This document shows, in pieces, positions 1 to 11,691 of a DNA stretch of 64,000 bases (positions are counted from its first letter, which is position 1; every line of letters starts with the position of its first letter). The notes under the pieces were generated by a model. That model worked only from the letters and a program-made list of their open reading frames with translations. It had not been told where the DNA came from and made no database searches. The stretch is from Convolutriloba macropyga. Its lineage: Eukaryota. A program made the position numbers and the translations under genes. The stretch covers positions 21,824,001 to 21,888,000 of the forward strand of contig NC_134469.1 in NCBI RefSeq assembly GCF_964194025.1. Direction: 5' to 3'.

Positions 1-57
1 TCTCTGTTACTAGAAACTACTTTTCTCATGTTTTTTTTTGAAATATTGTCTGCTAAC

Positions 58-378
58 CTCAGAGCACGTAAATTGCCGAATGCTTCCGGGAGACGACTGA
101 GATAATTCATGTTAATGTCTAGCAGAAACAAAGAGCTCAACTTCGTGATAGAGTCTGGGAGAGATCCCAGACTGTTGGCAGCCACATCTAGGTACTTGAG
201 ACCAAACATAGTCCCAATATCCACAGGAAGCGAGGTCAGTTCGTTATAACTGAGGTCGATGTCTGTTAGGGTCTTGATACTGCAGAGAGAGTCAGGCAGT
301 TTCTGGAGTTTATTGTCCTGAAGGTACAGCTCTTCTAAGTTGGCCAGCAGCTCAAACGATTCCGGCAGACTTGTCAGG
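58..378 (-). CDS. Internal exon of a leucine-rich repeat protein (23-aa LRRs); gene continues beyond the window start
   Basis: Manual translation LTSLPESFELLANLEELYLQDNKLQKLPDSLCSIKTLTDIDLSYNELTSLPVDIGTMFGLKYLDVAANSLGSLPDSITKLSSLFLLDINMNYLSRLPEAFGNLRAL. Bounded by the acceptor cattttAG (380-379) and the donor GTTAGC (57-52); phase 2/2. Absent from the ORF track. Confidence 0.93.
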
Positions 379-767
379 CTAAAATGTCCAATAATTTGTC
401 ATCATGGTTTATTGCATAATTGTCATCATGAAAAATTCAATATGCAAGATCAAAACATCACAGCGTGATTATAGGAAATGCGGTTCATGGTGTTATTGCT
501 CTCGCATTTTTAAACACTTTATTGGCATTTAAAATTTAAGATCAACGTTCAAAGCGGGCCTAAAACGATTCAAAAGATTTCAATATTGATTACTCAGCAC
601 ATCAATAAACATATTAATAACACCTCTTTGGATCCGGCAAAAGAGCGCGATCAAAACTTCCCTTCACACCGTAATACCTCACCTTTGGGTTAAAAAAATC
701 ATTGCTGAAAGTAGAAAAACTATCAAATTGTTGACATAGATTTTCCAGTAATTAACAAGTCGACAAT

Positions 768-3404
768 TTGGTAACAAGTCGACAAGAAATGAGCAAACTT
801 GCCTCTTCGAAACATTATGCATCAAATGAAATCATTGAAAGAGTCGTATATACCTCCATAGATAGAGCGATTGAGATGTTTCATTATCCAGGATATATCA
901 TACGACTACAAAAAAAAAAATAACGAGAAAAACAGGCAAAAAGATAAATTTTGCACAAAAAAATTGCACAAAAACGCTGTCCCCGCCAATTAGACATTAG
1001 GCTGTTTCTAAAAACATTAAACTTTGATTGCGTTTTTTTCAAAAGACCAGAGGACCGCCCATCATTGTGATACTGTGAAAAGAAAAAACCTACAAAAATG
1101 CGCGAACATGCAAAAATCAAAGATTTTTTGAAAACTGGTTGTACCAAGAACAAATACCAGTTGACGAAAACGAAACCCTAATGAAGAGAAAAATGTAGTT
1201 CAATAGACAAGGGATGTAACTTGCCTATAGATATGCTGAGCTACAAGTTAATAGAAATAAGATTGGCAAATCTCAGAGATCCATTGTCTTTTTTAAAAAA
1301 AATCACATATTTTCAGAATTAAAAGCCAACAGAAGCTTTCGACTAAAAGAGTGGACAGATTAATTTACAAAGTCGCCGAAAACTATTTGCGCCTGTTACT
1401 ATTGAGACTAAGTCATAAAAACATAAGAAAAAATCAAAGACGAGCTGAACAAAAAAATTTCACAAACAACTTTACGAAACCAGAGTGTGTTCAAGCCATT
1501 ATTTCTTTAAAAATTAACCCTGACAAAAACAAATATTCATTTGCGTCTCCTTTAAACATCATAAAGTCTTTGTAAAACGTCTATTTCAAAAATGCAGCGA
1601 AAAGAACAAAAATTGAAAAGTATCTAAATTTCACAAAATTCTTCTGAAACAAATGTCTAAGCCCTGAAGAAATCAGTGAAATCGTTTGACCGACAAAAAA
1701 ATTATTGTTGAGTTCAACAAAACATTTAAGAGATTTCTCAATTATGAGGCTGAGTTACGAAAATGACGCAACATTGTAAAAAACGAAGAAAAACGCAAAC
1801 CAGAGCAAAAAGAGTCAAAAACCCCTTCTCTATATGGATATCAATTAATAAGTTCATTTTCGTATCTATAGTTGGCCAACAAGACCTTTAGTTATTCAAT
1901 ATTTGGCGTACGGCAACAAAATTAACAAAAACATGGCAGAAATAAAAAAACTACCAAATTATGCAAGAGAACGGTGTCGCAGCCATTAAATCCATATTAT
2001 GAAAACAATAAATACGTTCAGTTAAAAGTGTGAACAGCTTTTTTCAGATAGATTGTTCAGAAATGTGAGAATTTACCAAAGGAAAACAAGAATGGGCAAT
2101 TAATAAAAAAATTTTGTATGAAAACTCGTAGTACCAAAAACAAGAAACCGTTCTTTCTAAAAAATCAATCCGCCGCAAAATTAGCGTGTATTCTATAAAA
2201 AATGTCAACCCGTATTTACTTAGAAAAAGCTTAAAAATGACAGAAATATTAGGAATAAAATTGACAAGTTCAAAAAATCACTGAAATTTCCTTAAAACAA
2301 ATACGTTCAATGACATATGAGATATTAGGTAACAACCGAATGCATAGTACAGTTTCACTTACACCTCTTGAAGAAGCCATTTGGATCTTTGAATGGTTAG
2401 ACTCAGTAATCAGACTGCCAAAAGAATAACAATTGAAGGCAAAACACAAGAATACAGTTAAAGTTTGTTAAATTTTTCTTCAAAGGCAGAAAAACCGTTA
2501 GGTTCTCCAAAAAAACTATATCAACATTATATCTACTTAAATGGGAGCTCTCGTTAATGGAGCCGAGAATAAAAAACTTTGTCAGTGATTAACATTAAAA
2601 AAACAAAAGCAAAATATTTTGAAAAAAGGCAGCACCAAAATAAAAATTAAAAAATTTGATTTTAAGAATCCATAATATCAAACCTATCCCTGATTTTGCG
2701 GCACGCCAAACAAACCGCCAAAGTGTTCTAAAAAATTAAGAATTAGACCAATTGTTGAGTGAAAAACTTCAAATATTCAAAAAAAACTGATGCATTATGT
2801 ATAATTATCGAGTTAAATATGTAAAACTGGCAAAATTTTAATTCCAGAAGACTTTTATAGGGAGCCGAGTTGCAACTAGCTCTTTTTTGGAGTTTAAAGA
2901 GATCGTGTTCGGGGTTTCTAAATCTCCAATTTTGGCAAACGTAAACAAAGTGAACCAAAAAGCATATTTTGTGCAATTTTTGATGAAAAAATTCTGAAGC
3001 TTGAAAATTTTAACAAAATTTTTAGCCAAAGAAACTCCAATACAAAAATTCAGCACCACTCATCTATCTCTTACTGTAACAATAACACTCTACCGTTAAA
3101 AATTTTAACTTATTTTAAATAATATTAGCAAAATTGTGCCAAATTTTAGCAAAGCTTACTGAAAATGTGAATAAAACTCGAAAATTCACTAACTTTAAAC
3201 CTCAATAACTCCCTGTAAAAAACGAAATTCAAAAAAATCTTTTAGAATCCATATTCCCATATTTTAGCATCGACGTGCTTTTTAGTGGTACCACTCACAA
3301 CGCTCTACGATGAATATATCGATCGGCCAAAATTGAGTGAACAAGAAAAAAAACCAATTGAGTATATAGTTCCTCCCTCCCCACTAAAGTTGGAGTCGGA
3401 ACAA
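768..3404. mobile_element. Non-autonomous DNA-transposon-like repeat, copy 1 (left end not found)
   Basis: Colinear blocks shared with 20977-22590: TTGGTAACAAGTCGACA, GATAGAGCGATTGAGAT, GTAATCAGACTGC..GAATAACAATTGAAGGCAAAACACAAG. Same right-end motif GTCGGAACAA. Confidence 0.7.
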
Positions 3405-4869
3405 TAAATAAAAGGCTAAAATGGAACAAAAACAGGCTTTCAAAATCTGGCCTTTCAATCAAAGTAAAATCTGGCCTTTCAATCAAAACGCAATTCTTTT
3501 ATAATTACTCACCGGCACTAATTATTTTTGTGTGCGGTCAAAACAGTTCCGAACAAAACAGACCTAAATGCAGAATAGTCAACGAAGGAACAGTTCCGAT
3601 CAAAAAAGTACAAATGCAAATTCAAAGTGTTCCAAAACAATTAATTAATAGTGCCTCAAAGCATAAACTATCCCCCAAATTCAGCTATAAATTTATCAAT
3701 GTATTAAAAGTGTGTATTAAATGAAACAACTCTCACATTTGGAGTTAAGGTCTAATTCCAGAAGACATTGAGAAAACAATCTATTCGGCATTGAAGGGCA
3801 GCGAACATTACCGACAAAACACGCCATATAAAATCTGCGGCAAAAATGACAATAATCCGACACAGTGGCTAAAATCCATCCAAAGATATGTACCAAGAAA
3901 CGCGACACAACAATTCATTCCTAAATAGGACCAGTTAAATCAAAGCATTTCAGACAGCTAAAAAATAGCCCAAAGTAGCCAAAATTCATGTATTAAAATT
4001 AAGGCTTCGATGATCAGAAAAGAATTAGCGTCTTTACGACCTCTACAACCTCTACGCCAATCGATTTTGAATAATTTGCTTTCAACAGCACTATCATAAG
4101 TTTCTCCAAATCTACGCAATTCACGCTTCTGTTGACGGCGTAATCTGCCCCTCTTTTATGCCATTTTTCCTGTCAAAAAACTATCAAAGACTTCTGAGTT
4201 CAATTTTGGACACAGCAATAAAACAAGATACAATCGATTTCATAATTGAGCTTGGGAAAGCACTCCTTTCATGAAATAATAATAATCAAATTCAATTGCA
4301 CCTCCAAAAAATCAGTTTAACCGTGAACCAACTTTCACATTATTTATTAGGACAATCACATCGCACAATCTAAAATATCTCTAATGCAAAACAGTCAAAA
4401 AGAGAAAATTTCTCAGCGAAAGAGTAAAAAAATTAAAGCATGTGCAAATGGATTATATTCACGAAGAGCGTCAATTAAAACATTACATCTTCAAATCAGC
4501 TAAGTGATTGAAAAACTGATTCTTAGAGAAAATGACGTGTTTTATTATTGATGAGCGTTAAAACGAAAGTACAGGCCTATAATATCAGCAAATACTTTTT
4601 TGGAAGTCAGCCAAACCGTTAAAAACCAGAATAACTTGTTTTTGAAGGCTTTAGCTATATTTGGCACCCCAACTTATCGATGACGCACATTTTAGTCGTT
4701 GTTGTAAAACAAAATTTAATGCTTAAGTCACGCTAGACGATAAACTAAGTCAAATAATTCTAACTATAATAAAGATATTATTTATCGGATCCAGCAGACA
4801 TTAAGAAGAGTGAACTCAGCTCATTATCAAATAGCAGACCAGCAAAGCTCAAAAAACATGCAACACAAA

Positions 4870-5092
4870 AATTGAAGCTAAAAACATAGCCGGCGGATTG
4901 CCGTAAAATGGCTAACGATGACTCCACTAAACAGGGACTCAAGTGAACAAAATTCAATGTCCGAGTCAAGCTAGACAATGAACGAGAGAAATCTGCTAAT
5001 TATCAACTAACAGCAGCAAATATAAAAAACGCAATGCAGCTGAAAACATAGTCAGCGGGTCGCCGTAAAATAGCCACCGTTGACTCCACTTA
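4870..5092. repeat. Diverged direct repeat, period ~163 bp
   Basis: AAAACATAGCCGGCGGATTGCCGTAAAATGGC..TGACTCCACT at ~4880 and AAAACATAGTCAGCGGGTCGCCGTAAAATAGC..TGACTCCACT at ~5043. Confidence 0.7.
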
Positions 5093-5599
5093 AAGATGTT
5101 GGGATTAAAAAAGAAAAAAAATGAATAATTGAGGACAGCAATATTTTTTTTCTAGGTGTCATAAGACGTTCTATTTTTTTTCTGCAGTTCAGCCTCTAAA
5201 CCGGACAATCAGTACAATACCAATAACAGATATCAATATACTCTAAGAAACTTTAATATCATAATGCACTAAGTCTGCGCAAACTTTATGCAAATATTTC
5301 CGGTGTTTTACTAGTTCAACTCGGTTCTTTAGCTTCACTTTTTAACCTTTGAAACAGTGAGCAAACTCAGAAGTGAAACGTGCAAGTTGTGACTTATCTA
5401 AAACGAAAAACGTGATCGGAAGGTAAAACCATTTATAAAAAGGAGAGCGCCAAAAATAGCATTTGAGAGGTAGAGTTATTAGTGCTATTAGTGCTATCAA
5501 TAGCGAGCCACACGCCAAAATGCAGACTTTCAGATAGTAGGAATAGCCCAGCAGGATAATCTGCCCCAAATGAACAATGCAATGTCTCTCAAGGGATTT

Positions 5600-8500
5600 C
5601 AAACTGCTTTCAAATATCCCGTAGTGTCACGAAGTAAAATCATTCAGGGTCAAAGCGTCATTAAATATTATCATCTTTGTAACATTTCCGGCAAAATATT
5701 TGGTGAAGCAACATGATCACTAGAATTGTGCAGACAGTCTACAGAATTCACTCTACGGTTGACGGCGTAAATTTTCTTCTCGTATAGTTGTTTCCTTTTT
5801 ACATTCTCCAAATTTAGCCAGACAGATGATTTTAAATAAGCAAGCTATTTTTCTACAGAACACGTTCCCTTCAGAAAAACTTTGATCTGCTAAACAATCA
5901 TTTAGAAACTTTAAAATCTACACCTATAGCCCTTTGCCTGACAGAAACTTGGCTTAAGAACCAGTACGAAACGTCACAATTCTCGCTGAAAGAATACCAA
6001 AAATTATACAGTTGTGAGAGAAGGAAAAGAGGGCGTGGCGTAGGAATTTTGTAGAGAACGATTTGAATTTTATTGAAGTGAAAAGATGCGATCACAACGA
6101 TCTGAAGGCTCTAACAATAAAGATCAAAGCAGATAAGCATCATTATCTGATTATTACTTGTATATATATTCCACCTAGAAAACATCATATTGTGAATTTG
6201 CAAAGGCTAGAAAATTATTTAGATACCTTAACAATTGAGACTGAAGATAAGCATATACTATGCGGAGACTTCAACATTAAATTTTTGGTTAATAAGGCAA
6301 ACTTCCGGAAAATAGTCACTTTGCTGGTAGGAAATAACCTCTCTATAGTTGAAAGCATTGAACCAACTCGGGAAAACTCGAGCACGAAATCAACAAAGGA
6401 TGAGTTTTTTTTCAAACACCTTGTCTTCTGTCCACACTACTGATTCAGGCATTTCAGACCATCATGCAGTAACATTAACACTTGAACAATCTCTGGAAAA
6501 CTCGTCCAACTGGCACGAAAAGTTTACAAGAAAATGGGCCAAATTAGAGGACCGTAAATTTGTCGAAGACCTCAACAATTTCTTGATGGACAAATTGAAA
6601 GTAATTACCTGTAATGGTTTTGAATGGTCCCCCGATAAGGCTTTTGAAAAAACTGCATGAAATTTTTATTAATACCCTAGATGAAAGTCTGCAAATATTA
6701 GATTCAACGAAAACTGGAGTACAAAAAACATGGATAGATAACCAGGTGAAAAGTGCAGCGGCAAAAAAAAATTCTGAGAAAATTGTGTCTACAAAACCCA
6801 GATAATAATGTTCTGCAAAATGATCACAAGGCTCAATGCAAATTTGTCAGAAATCTAATCAAACAAAAACTAAGACATTTTTACCAAAATAAGATCGAAA
6901 AAGAAGCAGCCAATAGCAAAAGAAGTTTCTTCAATCTCTTCAAAAAAAACATCGGGCGAAACGCTACCGCCTCACCACAATAGTAAAAAATATAGAAACC
7001 TTTAACACTTTTTTCGCAAACATTGAAGTAGAGCTAGCAAAAACGTTTGATACAAAGCAGAGATATGAAATCGAAACTAACACAAATACCATGTTCTGTT
7101 TCCCAATAACCGGTTCCCAAATCATTGACACACTGCGAGTGCTTCCATCAAAGTTTAGTTTAGACTGCCACAACAAACTACCTTTTTTCTCAAAAAAGTT
7201 TCTCGGTAAGTTAGTCCACTACTTGAAACATTATATAATGAGTGTCTGAAGCACGGCTTATTCCCACAGTGCCTGAAAATAGCCAAAATTGTGCCTTTTT
7301 TCAAAAGCGGTGATCGCACCGAACCCGCAAATTACAGACGAATCTCACTTCTTCCAGCAATTGGCAAACTGTTTGAAAAATTATCATATGAAAGAATTTA
7401 TACGTTTTTGAGCAAAAACAAAATATTTTCAAATAATCAATTTGGTTTTCGAAGCAAATTATGTACCGTTGACGCCATAGCTTCATTAACTGAAGAAATC
7501 AGCGCAAACTGGTATAAATCAAAAAGCTTAACTAAATGCACTTTTATTGATCTAAAAAAGGCTTTTGATACAGCGAACCAGGAGCTACTGCTGAAAAAGT
7601 GTGAACACTACGGACTCCGAGGAACGGTACTGAAAATGTTTGAATCCTATCTGAAAGACCAACTCCAATTTATTAAAATAGGAAAAGTTGAATCTGAAAA
7701 GAAAGGCGTTGAATGTGGAGTCCCACAAGGATCAATTCTCGGTCCATTCTCAATTCTCAATTCATTATCTATCTAAACGACGTTCCAACTCTTCAAAAGA
7801 AAGCCAAACTATACTTTATGCTGACGATACAGTTGTTTCTAATAAAGTTAGTATTGAGACTGTAGGAAAAAATCACGATGCCGCAGTTGCGAGCTGGTTT
7901 TATAATAACAAATTAACAAATAACACAACACAAACAAAACACATGGTGTTTGGAAAAGGACGCAAATTAGAGCAGCACAAAACGCCAATTGATCGAGCAG
8001 AAATAGAACAAGCCAAATCTTTTAGATATCTAGGATTATTATTAGACGACCAGTTGAAATTCAAAGATCATATTAACTACGTCAAAGAAAAGCAATTTGG
8101 TTTTCGAAGCAAATTAAGTACCGTTGACGCCATAGCTTCATTAACTGAAGAAATCAGAGCAAACTGGTATAAATCAAAAAGCTTAACTAAATGCACTTTT
8201 ATTGATCTAAAAAAGGCTTTTGATACAGCGAACCATGAGCTACTGCTGAAAAAGTGTGAACACTACGGACTCCGAGGAACGGTACTGAAAATGCTTGAAT
8301 CCTATCTGAAAGACCAACTCCAATTTATTAAAATAGGAAAAGTTGAATCTGAAAAGAAAGGCGTTGAATGTGGAGTCCCACAAGGATCAATTCTCGGTCC
8401 ATTCTCAATTCTCAAATCATTATCTATCTAAACGACGTTCCAACTCTTCAAAAGAAAGCCAAACTATACTTTATGCTGACGATACAGTTGTTTCTAATAA

Positions 8501-10930
8501 AGTTAGTATTGAGACTGTAGGAAAAAATCACGATGCCGCAGTTGCGAGCTGGTTTTATAATAACAAATTAACAAATAACACAACACAAACAAAACACATG
8601 GTGTTTGGAAAAGGACGCAAATTAGAGCAGCACAGAACGCCAATTGATCGAGCAGAAATAGAACAAGCCAAATCTTTTAGATATCTAGGATTATTATTAG
8701 ACGACCAGTTGAAATTCAAAGATCATATTAACTACGTCAAAGAAAAGCAATTTGGTTTTCGAAGCAAATTAAGTACCGTTGACGCCATAGCTTCATTAAC
8801 TGAAGAAATCAGAGCAAACTGGTATAAATCAAAAAGCTTAACTAAATGCACTTTTATTGATCTAAAAAAGGCTTTTGATACAGCGAACCATGAGCTACTG
8901 CTGAAAAAGTGTGAACACTACGGACTCCGAGGAACGGTACTGAAAATGCTTGAATCTTATCTGAAAGACCAACTCCAATTTATTAAAATAGGAAAAGTTG
9001 AATCTGAAAAGAAAGGCGTTGAATGTGGAGTCCCACAAGGATCAATTCTCAGTCCATTCTCAATTCTCAATTCATTATCTATCTAAACGACGTTCCAACT
9101 CTTCAAAAGAAAGCCAAACTATACTTTATGCTGACGATACAGTTGTTTCTAATAAAGTTAGTATTGAGACTGTAGGAAAAAATCACGATGCCGCAGTTGC
9201 GAGCTGGTTTTATAATAACAAATTAACAAATAACACAACACAAACAAAACACATGGTGTTCGGAAAAGGACGCAAATTAGAGCAGCACAGAACGCCAATT
9301 GATCGAGCAGAAATTGAACAAGCCAAATCTTTTAGATATCTAGGATTATTATTAGACGACCAGTTGAAATTCAAAGATCATATTAACTACGTCAAAGAAA
9401 AGCAATTTGGTTTTCGAAAATTAAGTACCGTTGACGCCATAGCTTCATTAACTGAAGAAATCAGAGCAAACTGGTATAAATCAAAAAGCTTAACTAAATG
9501 CACTTTTATTGATCTAAAAAAGGCTTTTGATACAGCGAACCATGAGCTACTGCTGAAAAAGTGTGAACACTACGGACTCCGAGGAACGGTACTGAAAATT
9601 CTTGAATCCTATCTGAAAGACCAACTCCAATTTCTTAAAATAGGAAAAGTTGAATCTGAAAAGAAAGGCGTTGAATGTGGAGTCCCACAAGGATCAATTC
9701 TCGGTCCATTCTCAATTCTCAATTCATTATCTATCTAAACGACGTTCCAACTCTTCAAAAGAAAGCCAAACTATACTTTATGCTGACGATACAGTTGTTT
9801 CTAATAAAGTTAGTATTGAGACTGTAGGAAAAAATCACGATGCCGCAGTTGCGAGCTGGTTTTATAATAACAAATTAACAAATAACACAACACAAACAAA
9901 ACACATGGTGTTTGGAAAAGGACGCAAATTAGAGCAGCACAGAACGCCAATTGATCGAGCAGAAATTTAACAAGCCAAATCTTTTAGATATCTAGGATTA
10001 TTATTAGACGACCAGTTGAAATTCAAAGATCATATTAAATTCAAAGATCATATTAACTACGTCAAAGAAAAGCTTTTAAATTTTGTTCATTTTTCAACGA
10101 TTACACCTTAATTTTACAAGAACACAGCTTCTACGAATTTTTAAAAAAATGTCAAACCAATAATACAATACGGAATGAAAACCAATTAACCAATGAAAAC
10201 CAATTAACCAATGAAAACCAATTTTTTAAAACCAATTAACATGTTTATTAAAACAATTTAAGAAATAATTTTCTGGAAACGTAAATACGAGTCAATTGAG
10301 CAACTACGAGTTCAAAATTTGATAAGCAACGCCTGAGAGTTACATGCTTTTGAAATATTCAAATTACTTGTAAAACTAATAAAAACCAAACGCTAAGTGA
10401 AGTTTCTTTAACCATAATAGCGGACTTGAACCTTAATGAGATCACGAAGAGAAATCGTGGACTGTATGTAAAAATTAGCAGACAAAGATTTGATAGTAAT
10501 TACTTGAAATGTAGAGGTCTTGGGATGCTAAAAATGGCATTGAATTATAACAACTATTTTATGGAAGATGTTAGAACAATGAAAGAAGCAAACAAAAGAA
10601 TACTGCCATGCATTTTTGAATCTTTATATAATTGGTAATCAGGACTTGCTAGACAGACTCTTTCATGCTCATCAGAGCAAAATTTTTTGATTGCTACATA
10701 CACAGTTTCTTCAATAGTTAACCTCTACTAGATAGAATAACTTTTCATTTTTTCAATATTTCAACTAAAATTGCACAACTCTTCCGTGAGGCGCCTGAAA
10801 ACAAACCAGATATGTTTAATGGCGACCATGTAGTGTCGCAAATTGTAATCGATTGTATTTGTGCAACGTATGTATTTTCTTGCTACTATTTTGTGATAAC
10901 GGCACTACGAACAATTTATTAATATTATTA
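5600..10930 (+). mobile_element. Decayed LINE (APE endonuclease + RT, CR1/L2-like group) in the 11-kb LRR intron, antisense to the host gene
   Basis: EN motifs CLTETW, CIYIPP, LCGDFN, SDHHAV. RT motifs YRRISLL, QFGFR, FIDLKKAFDT, GVPQGSILGP, YADD, FRYLG. Many stops and frameshifts; TTA-like tail near 10915-10930. Both borders are approximate. Confidence 0.92.
7438..10072 (+). repeat. Four head-to-tail 655-bp copies of the LINE RT core
   Basis: Units start at CAATTTGGTTTTCG at 7438, 8093, 8748 and 9403. Near-identical ORFs recur in the track; unit 4 has a 3-bp deletion and an 18-bp duplication. Confidence 0.97.
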
Positions 10931-11505
10931 TGCTCTTTTTCCTGACAAAAACAGGAGTTCATTTCCGGAAACAACAACAAAACGAGTCGTAATTGATCTC
11001 AAAGTTAACGATAATGTGAAATTCTCAGAGCATGCCAGAATAATGGTTTTCACGACTGTCTTACCAGTCAATGACGCAATTACTGCATCCAAAAATTACA
11101 AAACTACATCATTTGTCCAGAGGATTGTGAACTAATTTTCAATTAATTATATGACAACTATATCATCGAATACAATTCTAGTGTTCACACGAAGACCTTC
11201 ATTTGGACCTTCATTTTGGAGCTCTAGAATTGTGGTGAATAAATAAAGGCTTTCCAAGATAAATAAACTCAGTGGATGACTGGAACACAAATCAGAAAAC
11301 ATTCATTGCTTCCAAATTTGATCGAGCAATTCAGCAGACAAATGCAGCGACAAAAATCGAGAAATCCCCGCTGATCAGCAAGGTAAAAAAAAATTCTCAG
11401 AGCTGACAGTCCTTATACGATAGCTTCGATATGTCTTAAAGAGCAGGTGCAGTCGTTTTAGCATAGTGCAACAAGGCTGATGATTAGCAGTCAACTCAAA
11501 CTCAC

Positions 11506-11691
11506 TTGTTTTCAGCTAAGTTGAGCACTCGCAAGCATGCATGTCCCAAAACGAACACTTTAGAGGGCATTTGTGACAGGTTTTTCCCACTCATGTCCAT
11601 ATGATCCATACAAGTGAAGCCATCGGCCAGTACCTCTCGACAAACAACTGATTGACTGCGAGAGTGGTGATTGGGGTACTGTTTGTGAGAT
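11506..11691 (-). CDS. Exon of the same LRR gene (first LRR units)
   Basis: Encodes ...MDMSGKNLSQMPSKVFVLGHACLRVLNLAEN-. The donor AA|GTGAGT joins in phase 2 to exon 378-58, giving the continuous repeat LNLAENNLTSLP. Acceptor tctctttctgggatacAG. Confidence 0.85.

Noticed and set aside
7688-9970. Three ~247-aa ORFs and one 106-aa ORF as a tandem host gene family
   Set aside because: They are permuted fragments of one frameshifted LINE RT created by the 655-bp repeat, and they start at TTG.
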